A stretch of 61,992 nt of DNA, filler included, from Blastocystis sp. subtype 4 (Eukaryota): assembly GCF_000743755.1 (NCBI RefSeq). It is 3 parts of 3 records of this genome, joined end to end, with 100 filler letters (N's around TTAATTAATTAA, not from the genome) between each part and the next. Parts side by side here need not be neighbours in the genome. Positions count along the whole stretch, not along the records: positions 20,884 to 41,401 come from NW_014569351.1; 2 more parts are not named here. The stretch is one strand, 5' to 3'. Each line of letters begins with the position of its first letter. The stretch's first letter is position 1. The translations under genes and the position numbers were made by a program. Below, in pieces: positions 24,135 through 38,709 of this stretch. The notes under the pieces are model-generated. The model saw only the letters and a program-made list of their open reading frames with translations, made no database searches and had not been told where the DNA came from.

Positions 24135-26189
24135 TTAGCACATCACAGTTTGACGAAGTATTAACACAAGAAGGATACAATGCACAACAAGAACATAACA
24201 ACTCACAAGGAAACGGATTCGAGGAGATTCTACCATCTTTTCTCCTAGCGCAAAACTAATTCTTTCTAGTGGATTTGTACTGTGTTCTGAAGAATGATAC
24301 TTAAAAGAACCAGACAAATCCTCTCCTAATCGAACTGAACTTCCTTTCTGTTCACTCAGTCTATTTATCATAGTCCACTCCATTCCCCACTCCTTCTTCA
24401 ATGAACTAATCACAGAATACATCGAATCCATAGATGCCTTATCTCTCCCTCTCTCACTCTACTTGTCATCTCGATTCATACTCCTACCTCCAGTTCATCC
24501 ACACGACGTTTGTAACGATCCCGTTGGTCCTTCAAAATCGCTTCCACATTCATTCCTGGAGTTGCTGCACCTGCAATTGTTCGCTGCTCCAGCTCTCCAA
24601 TCTGCAGTTCCATCCGTCGTATCTGTTCCTGTGCATCACTCAACTTCTCTTCGGCTGTATGACGCTCATTCTCACTTGTCATATATTTGTTGTAAATATC
24701 ATTGAAAGTGGATCGTAATTCGCTATTGCTTGTCTCCAAATGCTGTAATTTACCCAACAGAACACGCTCCGTATCAGGAACCGGAATATCACTGTCTTCA
24801 CGATAGTTCACAGGTACACCCACACGCTGGAGAGTGACTAGTGCATTCTTTAATCGAGCCATCTCCTCTCCATTCACACGCCCTCGTAACTCTCCATTTA
24901 ACTCTGATACCTGAGACTCTAATCGCTCTATAGTCCTCTTATGCTCCTGCTCCAGTGAGGTGCGTTCCTCCATCCACTTCTGCTCCGACAATTCCTTCTC
25001 TTCCTTCAACTGCTGAAGACTGTGACGTAGTTCTGCGATTGTGTCGCGTGGGATGGCAGGAACTGTCTCCCGTGCCGATTCCACTCGATGTTGCTCTGAT
25101 TCTCACCTCTACACTTCACTCCTACCCAGTCGAAGGATCTCACCCGCCTGCTTCTCTACTTCCTCATTCAACAGGGTGATCTGACTCTCATAGGCTTCAA
25201 TTCGCTGCTCGTAGGCTTCTTCTCTCTATTGTCAATTCTCTTCGTCAATCTCACCCGTCCACACTCTTCCTCCGTCATACGCAGTCTCTCCCGCATCTTC
25301 TCTACATCGCTTCGACAGGTTTCAAGCTCACTCTGTAATACATTGAGAGGTTGTTCACTTCCCTCACTCGCATTCCCCGCTGTCACCGAATAGAACGAAT
25401 TGATCTCCTTCTCCTACGTCTCACCTCTCAATATCAATTCTACGAGTGTTGCGATTTGCAGACGAAGACGAACATTCTCCTCATGTGTGGCAGAATACGA
25501 AGACAAGGAATCCTTCAATGTAATATTCTCCTTTTCAGATCTAGTATCAATCCAGTCTCTCATTCCTCACTTCTTGAGTTCGCTCTCCAAATGCGAAGTC
25601 GTTTCTTTCTACCCCTTCACTTGCACATCTCATACTTACAAGAGTAACAATTTCAGCTTGTAGAGATTCGAGCGATTGAACCTGCTTGTTTTCTACCTGT
25701 AGCTGTTGAATCTTCTGACGCATTCTGACAGTTACATTCAATAATAGGTCTTACGCAGTATTCTGGGAGTCTAAACGCTCGGATTCTTCTAGCAACACAT
25801 TGTATCGATTGTAATTGTCTTTGGATTCTCTTAACACCGTTGTTGGATCCATGAGTGATGTAAGGTCTGTAGAATAGGATGAAAGCAAGTTCTCTGCAAA
25901 TCTACATCAATACACGCAACCAAATGTACTGCGATCTCAACGTCAAGTGGTCAATTTCATCTTGATACAACTTGAGAAGGCTTTTCATAAAGGCGAAGCG
26001 TTCATTCACAGGTAAATTTCGAATTTCTTTCGTTTTGGTAGCCAGCTCTTTGCGGGATTTCACACTGGCTTCCTGTGCCTTTGTAATCGTGTCCAAACTC
26101 TCTTGAAGCGATTTTAACTTCCCAGAAAGGGAAAACTGCTCCCAGAAGTGCAATAGATTATCCAACGACTTGGAATAGGCACTCTCCAT
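24135..26189 (-). CDS. CASP: CASP/Coy1 golgin, multi-exon
   Basis: N-terminal FW..F.L...SRKELATKTKE..LLKLYQDEIDHLT, long coiled coil, QRDRYKRRVDELE, and a C-terminal TM with the conserved Y...H (CYVLVVHCILL). Confidence 0.85.
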
Positions 26190-26265
26190 CTAGAATGAAT
26201 GAATTGCGACTATGGGGCTAGTGGGTGGCGCAACCCAATCCATTTCTTTGTAAGAAGTCTATGTC

Positions 26266-28537
<2,272 letters not shown>

Positions 28538-28541
28538 GGTA

Positions 28542-28549
28542 TGTTTGTT
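28542..28549 (+). terminator. TGTTTGTT 3'-end processing element of PRP43
   Basis: Exact motif 4 nt after the codon-initial T28537. Confidence 0.8.
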
Positions 28550-28844
28550 GTAGTTAGCTATTAATGCATGTGCGTCCTTCAGTTTTGTTATGAAGCATTT
28601 CATGACCGTCCCTCCATGTTCATCTTTCAATAATTCCATTTGTATCCTTACTCTATCATCTATAATCAACTTTCAGTTCTCCTATATCTATGAGATTCCA
28701 CTTCTATCATGCTTTGTATTCGAAATCAAATTACGCGGGATTCTTCGTAAGCGGCATTGTGGTCGATTCATAAAAGAACAATCCAGCGATTCTTCTATTG
28801 ATTTGTATATATAATTGGAATTCATAATCCCTTATAGAGTCTAA

Positions 28845-31800
28845 ATGCCTTCAAAAGGGAAACGAACGAAGGCAAGTGCAAATCGTTACAAAGATCTCGT
28901 AACATTGAAAGGAACTCCACTCCTCTCCATGCTTGACGAAATCTACGAGACACTGAGAAACGAAACCGATGAATCAAAAATACCGGGGTTCGCTTCTCTG
29001 GTGAAACAACTAACCTCAGAAAAGATCTTGAAGAATGAAACAAGAGAAGTAGCGCAACGAGTGGGGTTTTGTGTTGTCGAGGTTTATCGACTCAGTGAAG
29101 GCATTGGCTTTTCAGACGAGGTCAATCAGAGCATTTTAGAATTGGTTATTCGAAATCTTCGCACATTGGAATGTCCAAGCAAGAGTGAAACGTATCTTCG
29201 TACATTGGATATGTTCGAGCGAGTTGGTCAAACACCTCTTCTCAAAGCAATTATTACTCTAGGTGATAATGGCAAGGAGATCGCAGTGAGTCTATTCCGA
29301 ACCATCTTAACTGCTATTGATAGTACTTTCTCCTCCACCCCTAGGAAGTCCAAATCCAAACGCTCCTCACGAACTAAGACAGATGTAGTATCACAGATGA
29401 CAGAAGAAGAACTATCGGTTCATCGTGATCGTGTGAAGCGAGTCTCCATGGACACCATTATTGCCATTCTCGATCTGTACAAACGTATACCTGATGTTCT
29501 ATTGGATCTCTTGCTTGTCTCGTTGGTGCCTCAAGAGGACTCGATAAAACTTCCGAGTCAGGAGATGATCGAAGAGGTGTTTGTAATAAAGAAGGCGAAG
29601 CTAGCGAGTGATGTTCAGAAGTTCTGTGCAAGTGTTCTGTGTGCAGAATCAAGTGATAGTGAAAGTGGTGAGCATGTGAGTATGTTCAAATTGTCTAATG
29701 ATCAGATGTATGAAATACTGATGGTCTTAAGTGAGATATCATTTGATTATGTGATTGTCCTGCTGCCCTTAGTGACACGTCAGCTCCATATGGAGGATGA
29801 TCGTCAACGACTTCATGTCGTAGAGTGTCTCAGCGTGATCTTTGGCAATCGTCGATTCAACTTCATTGCTCAGTACGTGTTGGGATGGTTCTTGAGCCTA
29901 GGAGTCCTGGTCCCTTCGAAGAATATGTGAATCGTTATCGCGACCGCGCTGTCTCTGTTCGTGTGGCAATGGTCCAGGCCAGCAAAACTCTCATTGCTGC
30001 CCAGCCCTCCTCGCTCACTATTCTCCTTCCTTGTCTCGAAGAACGCATCAAAGATACCTCTTGGGAGGTGCGACAGATGACGGTTGATGCACTTTGTACC
30101 ATTCTCAATGGTTCTCTACGAGACATTCCGAATCGGATCATCATCCTATTGGCAGAGAGGACTCTCGATAAACGCTCTGAAGTTAGGAAGTATGCAATCA
30201 CAGGTCTGGTGAATGTCATCTCTGAGTAAGAGACTCATCAGTAGATTCTGAGTATTCATATGGCACCTATCTGGAACACGGGAATTCCAGACTCTGCAGT
30301 GGAAGAGAAAATGAGTGTGATTCCTGTGGTTCTGTTTCGTTGTTATGGTGTGTCTGAGGATGAGATTCGAAATCGTTGTTGTCGATTACTAAATGAGATT
30401 CTGGTGTCAAACTGTGAAACTGAAGAAGGTAAGAGGTATGGGAGAGAATCTGAGGAATAGCAATGGCAAGAGCGTATTTATGGGTATTTCAGGAATTGAA
30501 AAAATCTCATCCTCTATTGCAATTCCAGGAATCCGAAGAATACATGAGTGATACATCAATGGTTTTATTTAAGTCCCTATTATTGGATTGGCAAAAGTAG
30601 TCATTCATTTCTTCTCATTTCATAGAATTCAATCTCTGTTAAGTCGTCTCCTCACTCTGGGGAAGGAACAGAAACCTCTAGAGCATGATCAGGTGACTCG
30701 TCTCCTCCTCCAGTTGTCACGTCTTCTTTCAATCAACACATCTCGTACTGGCCAACCTATCATTCATTCCGTCAGCAACAATTGTCTGTATTCACTATAT
30801 TCTCTTTTGTTGAACGATTCTTCTCTCCTCTCAGCTCTTGAGAGTCTGGCTTCACCTCACAATGATATCACTTCAATCGCGGCTGCAAAGAAAACACTTC
30901 ATTCTGCACTCCAACAGTCAGATACACCACGTTTGGCTACACAATTCAAATCTCTTTTTTCACGATTCTATCTCACACTCAGCTCCTCGGATCTCCTTCA
31001 AATCTATCTTCAGAATCTCCTTCATGATCAAGATACGGACCTCACACTCGATCTTCTCTCCACACTCATTCATTCTGCACCATCCACCACTCTTACTCTT
31101 AGTCTCCAGCTCCGTCTCTTCGCCATCCTTCAGACTCTCCTTCGGGCTATCAGTGATCAAACTGAATTCCATCTCCGACAGCCATCTCGTCAAACTCGCT
31201 TCGTCATTCCTGTTCTCTCCTCTCATTCATAGTTATGTTGTCTTGCTGATGTTTCCTCTGCCTATCGTCAATGGCCTTATGTCTTCCTTGACAATAATCG
31301 GGACAATATCTGGAATGATCAATTTACAACCGAATTGTTACCTCTGCTTGATTGCTTGTTAGATAATCTCCCTGCCTTCCCAAATCGGGACATTCGATCT
31401 GTTACCACAATTCTGAGCAATTTCTGTCGATTCATCAAATCGAACGATTCTGATATCGATCGATTAATCCTTGTTCATTATAATGATTGGTTGAACGAAT
31501 TCTTACCATCGTTAACGCTTCTCAAAGAAACCTCTCAATTGCGTGTGGATCTGTGTGCAGTGAGTAAGTGAGCAGATGTCCTATTATCTCCAGATCAAAT
31601 CCTTCGGCTAGATGGTGAACATGCCAATCATCTGGGTATTCGCTGTCTCATAGACAGTACACTGGAGGTGGGTGAATAGAGAGAGAGTTCCTTGTAGATG
31701 TTTAGTGGTTCGCAGGAGACTATGATTATCAAGGATGTAGAGATAACAACGCTGGCTCTGCAGTTCTTATTCATATATGCTCGCACAATTCAACGAGAGA

Positions 31801-32928
31801 CTGAACTGACACACAAAATCCTCTTGTTTTTTGTTAATTCCATTTCTTCTACTTCTTTGTCATTGTTACTCCTAATACTTATGTATAGACCGCAAGAGGA
31901 ACAATTCCAGAAAAAGCTCCTATTTTGTACTCTGAAGTTGGGTGCAATTAAGTGTTATGCATCATATTTCACTCCTGAAGTGTACTATCAGCTAGCATTA
32001 GTAATCGAGTCCATTTCAGAGCCTATTTTGGTCATTCAACAAATTGAACGATTTATTCTGTTCAAGCAATTGCCTATCAAATATATGGCTTTGGCAGTAG
32101 GATTATTCTTCAACTCTGATATAGATTCCGCTGTGGTTCAGTGAGGAGGAGTCGATTCAATCTCAACTCACACGGTCCTTGCGTGCAGTAGTTCGAGTGA
32201 GTATGAGCATGATGGATGACTGATAGAACCAACGTCGGTTTGTAACGGCTTATCAGGCAGAGACGAGTGTTCATTCACTTTCAGTTCCTCTCTATCAGCT
32301 GTCACCAGAATATCTCCTTGTTTATCTACTTCCTTTATTATCAAGGAGTCATGCGTACAGTGGTCTCACTACAATACCGTCAAAGATTCAAATCCGTTGT
32401 ATTGATGTTGTATTGAATGAGCTGCTACAGGAGAATCCAGGCGGATTCGGATTGCTTTCTGCACTGTTGGCATCGGTACTGACAACACAGACAAATGACG
32501 ATTAGATGATGGCGTCCCAGGACCGATTAAAACCCAGGAATGTGGAGTTGAGCCGACTAGTGACGCTGACGAACCAGCTGTTACAGAAGCGACTTACAGT
32601 ACTGAAGACGGTGGATGTGGCGTATGGCGAGCAGGTGCGACTACCTGCACAGTATTATATGCCTCGAACACACGTGGAGAGTATACCAAGCACGCTCAAG
32701 AAGACAAAGATACGAAGTGAAGAGGAGAGAGCAGATGCAATGGCAACTGATGAGAAAGGAATACCAGAAAAACGAACAATAGACCAAGACTCAATAGAAC
32801 TGGCAAAGGAAGGAGATAAAATGGAACAGACTGAAATTGATTCCATTCCTGCCCAAACAGAGAAGCGAAAACGAAAGCGTAAACAACAATCCAGGGAATC
32901 TCCTACAGCCAAGAAACCCAAAGTGTAA
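28845..32928 (+). CDS. PDS5: Sister chromatid cohesion protein PDS5-like (HEAT repeats), multi-exon
   Basis: ERIKDTSWEVRQ, ERTLDKRSEVRKYAITGL, LSPEYLLVYLLPLL, V.LP..YY and a basic C-terminal tail. Confidence 0.8.
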
Positions 32929-32982
32929 CTTATTCCTGTTCCTGTTTGTTATACAGATTCTATTGCACGTTGAAACGATCTT

Positions 32983-33720
32983 ATGGAAGTTCAATCTACG
33001 TGGACAATAAAGAATCCAGAGATGGTCTCCATGGTCGTCTACTGTAATGAGCAACAATCTGTCAAGTATGTTCATTCAATTCGGAAATCACACAATAGAG
33101 ATGACTCCTATATAATTTTAGAAAAAGAACAATCTTCCGACCCTTGCGAACTCACAAGTTGCCATCACGAATCCAAATCACTCCTAGTTAATCTCGAACA
33201 TGCATTGGAACTATCAGGAATCCAGTGGATTGGATCCGCAAGAATCTGCGAAGTCTATATACAAGAGCATGGAAAAACAAAGAAATCATATATTGGAACT
33301 GTTCGATGTACATCTATTGAACGGGTTGTGACAGAAAATTATCCATTGTTCTATGGGAAGGCGGTTTTAGGACAGATAACGACAGTAAGCACAGTAACAA
33401 TCCGATTTCTGTCCATGAAAGGAAAAACCACAGCTATTGTTAATGGCTTGTGTATAGTAGGGAAGGAAACATCTATCCCAATAGTCAAAGAAAAACCGTC
33501 GTCCAAGCTAAATTTGGATCTCCAACAATTGAGCTCCACCATTTCTGGTGAACTGACAAAGAATCTACTCTTCCAAAGCGAGCTACGACGGCTAAGTTCC
33601 TCCATCGAAACCTACTTGGATTCTATCGTATCTCCTCTTGTGGAACAGAATCAAGAATTAACAAAACGGGTTGTAGAACTCGAGAACCAAGTGGCTCAGT
33701 TACAAAGCAAACAACCATAG
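32983..33720 (+). CDS. Hypothetical protein, possibly PAAT/C10orf88-like; intronless
   Basis: GSARICEVY...YIGTVR resembles the PAAT SARNMEVY..YCGT motif; C-terminal coiled coil. Confidence 0.5.
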   Translation: MEVQSTWTIKNPEMVSMVVYCNEQQSVKYVHSIRKSHNRDDSYIILEKEQSSDPCELTSCHHESKSLLVNLEHALELSGIQWIGSARICEVYIQEHGKTKKSYIGTVRCTSIERVVTENYPLFYGKAVLGQITTVSTVTIRFLSMKGKTTAIVNGLCIVGKETSIPIVKEKPSSKLNLDLQQLSSTISGELTKNLLFQSELRRLSSSIETYLDSIVSPLVEQNQELTKRVVELENQVAQLQSKQP

Positions 33721-33722
33721 TG

Positions 33723-33737
33723 TGTTTGTCACAAACA
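33723..33737. terminator. Quasi-palindromic bidirectional 3'-end element TGTTTGT-C-ACAAACA
   Basis: On each strand the motif lies 4 nt after a codon-initial T: T33718 of TAG on +, and 33742 on -. Confidence 0.75.
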
Positions 33738-33741
33738 GTAG

Positions 33742-34684
33742 AATCAAACTCTTTTCGGAGCTCTTGAGTATACGAATCCTCTTGACAGTCAGCCCACGTG
33801 GCTCCATGATCCAACTATTATTAAAAACCTCCCTCTAAATCTACAAGCAATCGAATAATGGTTTGATGCTCACAAATGCAAGCATAATCCAAAGGAGACA
33901 ATTCCTCTTTATCTTTTACATGAACATCAACTTCTTGATCTAGAAGAAAACGAACTACAACCTCATTTCCACGATCGCAAGCCCAATGAAGTACACTATG
34001 TGATACAATACTTCCAATTCCTACGTTCTTCCATCTTCGTCCAACTCATTTACAGAATCAGGATGTTTCAGAACATACGCCATCACACCTTCTCCATCCC
34101 CACTTCCTATCAAGTAGAAGATATCTTGTCCCTCTTTCCAATCACCCTCCGATCTACATCATATTCAAACATAGTCCATACCCAATCTGCATCGTACTAA
34201 CCTTCATTCCAAAACTACTGTCCAGTGAATTCCCTTCATCACTTGGAGAATAATTAGATAGTAATTTGTTAACAAAATCAATATACTTCTCTTCTGCATC
34301 TCTAGCAGTAAAACTCAGAACCAAAACCAACTCCTTCGATGTACCACGATAGGAATTCCACGAATTCCATTTCGCAAACCCTACCATATCAAAGGATGAC
34401 GGACACGGATCCTTCACATCCCCTTTTGTTGCTTGTTTATACAAACCATAAAGCGCCAATTTCTACATATTATCGCTTGGAAAACCATCGACAGCACCAT
34501 CACTCATATGATACTTTCCAGAACTTACAACTGCTCCTGCTCGTTCAAACTCTGACATATCCTCAGTGAATAGCTCCTCTTCGAGAATGGCTTTTCCACT
34601 CGTATTTACTCCCATTCTCTTTCTCCGAATGGCTATGAACAGCAAATAAAGCCAAGCCAAACAACCAAGCCAAGAGAGTAACAT
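33742..34684 (-). CDS. Membrane-anchored acyl-CoA-binding protein with ankyrin repeats; stop probably created by polyadenylation
   Basis: N-terminal TM MLLSWLGCLAWLYLLFIAI; ACB motif LYGLYKQATKGD...AKWNSW; ankyrin VLHWACDRG and PLDYACICEH. Confidence 0.85.
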
Positions 34685-34703
34685 GATTATGAACAAACAC
34701 TCC

Positions 34704-36475
34704 AATCCACATGTAAATCCTTATCTGCTTCCACTGGTAAATTCCATCGTCGCAACGTACTGTCATCAATCTGTTTGTACCATTCCGGTTGCGCTTTGGG
34801 AGGCAAACGATAATCTAAAAACAACTCTTCATTCTCAATCTCTGAAATACTAATGATTCCCAGTGTCTATTTCAAGAACACACCCAAACACATACACGAA
34901 CGAACGAATTTGGAAGAACGTGATTATTCGCCAGCTTATACATAAACTTTTCTGGAGATACGTAGCGATTCGGAATCAAATCACTATGTTGTTGACCCTG
35001 TTGCCTTGAGAACTCATAAGGAACTACCATCACATTAGGCTTCAAATCAGGTCGTTTGGGATCTGCTGGGTGGTTAATCAAGTGACCCACTGAAATAGGT
35101 GTCGAAGGATTCTTCACCTCCGTGCTATCAATAATCAACCCATCGTAATTCCAGTATTTATAATCCGATTTCACTTTGGTCAGTGGAAGGAAGTATTGCT
35201 GCTATATATTACAAATACATCAAAAATCCCACATCTACAATGTGTTGGCGTAAATAAACGGTTCCTGGAATCACTGTCTATTCATTACCTCAAAGAATCA
35301 GACCCACGAGAAAAGATCCAGGACGAACATGTCCTTTCAGAAATACCCCATTTCCAGAATTGGGAATAGACGATGGTTGAACATTCAGACACCATTTCAT
35401 TGACATATACAAAGAATCCAGAAGCGAGTTTGGAAAACCCACACCTGTTGTCTGTTTATAATACTAAAAAGGAAACTAACTACATTGGTGAGTTCGGAGA
35501 CATTTACACCCATAGTTGCCTCTGCAACACAATTCAAATACTCATTCATCTGCAATTTCATCCACCCATCACACATCAACCTGACTCTCCAAGTATTCCT
35601 GGATATTCTTTTCCATCTCACCTACAGGCATTCCAATAACCGTATCAGCTAAAGAGTCAAATTCTTCCTTCTTTCTACAAATCACATAACCAGAAAGCAA
35701 AGACCGATCATCCCGATACAGATTATCTCCCAATGCCTTTACGAGCATTGTTGCTTTGATCAAGTCTAACCGTTCCTACAGTTATCAGCGGATATCGATA
35801 ATGAACCTGCAACTCTGCTCCTGTGAGTTCGCTAAGCTTTCTCCCCGTTCGACTAATCTTACCAAGGACAGATCGGAACATGGTGAAAGAAATGCTATTG
35901 TTCCAAGAACACCTTCATTCCTAAAAGGGTGCGATTTTTGAGTAGCAAAGCACATGGTATCATTTTTAACTCATGTTCTTTGGGATGAAAATGACCCCCT
36001 TTGTTAGTTGTTCGTACACAAACAACACCAAAATAAAGAAACTAGACGAAGCGTTTGCACAAGAAGGGATGTTCTACGTAGGAGTTCCTCATCGTCAAGC
36101 TCATCAACAGAGTTGAAAAAGTCCTTGAAATCGATGAGAATATCCCCTGTTGTCGTTAAAAGAACAGAAAGAGCCCCAATCTGCAACTTCTGAAACTAGA
36201 CGATCACCACCACTTCTATAAATCATACCTGGAGAACACACAACCGACGAGAACGGTTTGCTAGTTTTGTCAGTTGAGTCATTTGCTCATTCTTCAAAAA
36301 TACATCAGGGAATGCACTTCTCATCGTCTTCATGGATGGTGTCATCTTTACAAACTGAGGCTTCATTCCCTTCCTAATAACTCAAATCAACTCCGTAAAA
36401 CGACATTGCAGCCGCTCGCATGAATTGTGCCCGACCCATATTTCGAGCGAAACTGGAGAAGGCAGCACGAGACAT
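34704..36475 (-). CDS. SET-domain protein (SETD9-like), multi-exon; 5' extent uncertain; stop probably created by polyadenylation
   Basis: STIPNSGNGVF, VGHLINHP..PNVM, EELFLDYRL..PEWY. Confidence 0.7.
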
Positions 36476-36744
36476 CTCCGTTACGTTTTTCTAGCAATCG
36501 TTACAAAGTGATAAAATAGGGCCGATTTGCGGATTCATGATCCCCTTGATTCCTCCTTTCTGTATTTCATTCCTGCTTCTATTCAACACCCCATTCTCCA
36601 AATTGCCTTGTCTTACTACAGCACAAAAACTATCTCCACAGAAGTAAGTATGTTTTCATTATATTATATGTGTCAAAGTCTCTCTGTTGGGTGTTGGCTC
36701 TTGTTTTTTGATGAACCTGTCTTATTGTCGCTCTAGAACTTCGA

Positions 36745-37308
36745 ATGTCCAAGACTGTGTCAAAGTTCTTCCCTGTTGAGGTCTCTGCTGCTGTTGAACC
36801 TAAGCCCACCAAGCTGCGTGCCACCATTACTCCTGGAACCGTTCTGATCATTCTGGCTGGACGTTTCGCTGGAAAGCGTGTTGTGTTCCTGAAGCAGCTT
36901 CCTTCTGGACTTCTGCTTGTCTCTGGTAGGGCTTTTGAGTACAAAGTGAAAGTGCAGGACCTTACCAGGTCAACAAGGTTCCTCTTCGTCGTGTGAACCA
37001 GTGCTACGTGGTTGCCACCTCTACTAAGGTCGACATTTCCTCTGTCAAGATTCCCCAGGCTGTAAATGACGCCTACTTCAAGGCTCCCGCCAAGAAGTCT
37101 GAGGAACTCTTCTCCAAGGAGTATGTGGTAGGTGCTAGTGATGGATGCAATCATGTAGCCTGTCATTTCGGAAGAACGCAAGGCTAATCAGGAGGCTGTA
37201 GATGCCGAGTTGATGAAGTGCATCGAGAAGGTTCCCATGCTGAAGGAGTACCTTCATGAGAGATTCACCCTTCAGAGAGGTGACCGCCCTCATGACATGA
37301 AGTTCTAA
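36745..37308 (+). CDS. RPL6: 60S ribosomal protein L6 (eL6), 2 coding introns
   Basis: [41 protein letters not shown] core; C-terminal RPHDMKF. Confidence 0.97.
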
Positions 37309-37393
37309 GCTTGAATATTCCTTTATGTAGTGGATGGTTTTCTATATTCTGTTTTGTTTGTTGCAAGTTCCAGTGATTGTTAAAGGTTGCGTC

Positions 37394-38681
37394 ATGGATC
37401 GCTCGATTACCTTTGAAGTCGCTCCTAATATTGCGTTAGTGAAATACTGGGGAAAGAGGGATTCTGTTCTCAATCTCCCTCTCAACTCGTCGTTGAGTGT
37501 CACTCTGTCATCTGTAAATGGAATGAGTCAGGTCATAACGATAGAATAATCTAAATACGAGAACTACAGTATCCATAGCATCATCCTTTGAAAGGGATGA
37601 AATCATCTTCGATGGAAAGTAGGAGACTGGTTGTGAGTTACAATGAAGGAATCAGGAACTTTGCAGTAATCCAAGAATTGCCAACATGGTTTCTATCTTC
37701 CGAAATGTAGTGAAAGAAAAGTAACCTCCATAGTATGAGTTAGTAATAGACAGAAAGGGACCAGTAGGAGAACAAATGGCTCAAACATGCATTCACATTG
37801 AGACAAGGAATTGCTTTCCAACCAAAGCAGGATTGGCTTCCTCTGCCTCTGGATTTGCATGTTTGGCTCTGTGTCTCTCTCGTCTCTATGGTGTCTTCAT
37901 GGAACCAAAAGATGCAGATGCTCTTTCTTGTCTTACTCGCCAAGCAAGTGGCAGTGCCTGTCGAAGTCTCTATGGAGGACTAGTATATTGGAGACGGGGA
38001 ACTTGTCCTGATGGAAGTGATTCTGTCTCCTCCCAGTTGTTACCAGCAGATCACTGGCCAGATTTACGTGTATGTATCTGTGTGACAACATCGGAGAGTA
38101 AGAAGGTGGGTAGCACTGAAGGCATGAATCGCTGTGTTGCTACAAGTGAACGGATGAAAGTGACCTCAGTTTCAATGAGTCACATCTAGAGACGGACTGC
38201 TGAAGTGGTAGAAACGCGTATTGAGATGGCAGTGAATGCGTATCGAAAGCGTGACTTTCAGTCTTTGGGTCCCCTAATTATGAAAGAGAGTGATGATCTG
38301 CATGCGATTTGTGAGGATGCAAAGCCTCCTTTAAATTATCGAACAGAAACAAGTCAACTTATTCAATCATCAATCCTAGCATTGAATCAGTTCTATCAAC
38401 GTGTGGTGGTAGAAATGGGAAAGGAGACTTATGTCTAGGCAGCCTATTCCTTTGATGCTGGTCCCAACGCTTTTGTTTTCTTTGAAGCTCAGGATGAAGA
38501 CATTATAGAGAAAATGTTGATCACATTACTACAACCTAAAGATATTCAACGAGCCGTTATGAAGAAGGATACTTGTGGAAGTGAGATCAATAAGAACTTC
38601 CTTCAATCCCTTACTCCAGTCTCTCAACCTATTGAAACAGTAATAATTACAAGTGTAGGAAGTGGACCTCAACAAATCTAG
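37394..38681 (+). CDS. MVD: Diphosphomevalonate decarboxylase, multi-exon
   Basis: [73 protein letters not shown]. Confidence 0.97.
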
Positions 38682-38709
38682 AGAACTGTTTCTTATAACA
38701 AATCATTGA

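Noticed and set aside
36630..37181. 183-aa minus-strand ORF
   Set aside because: Antisense shadow of codon-biased RPL6.
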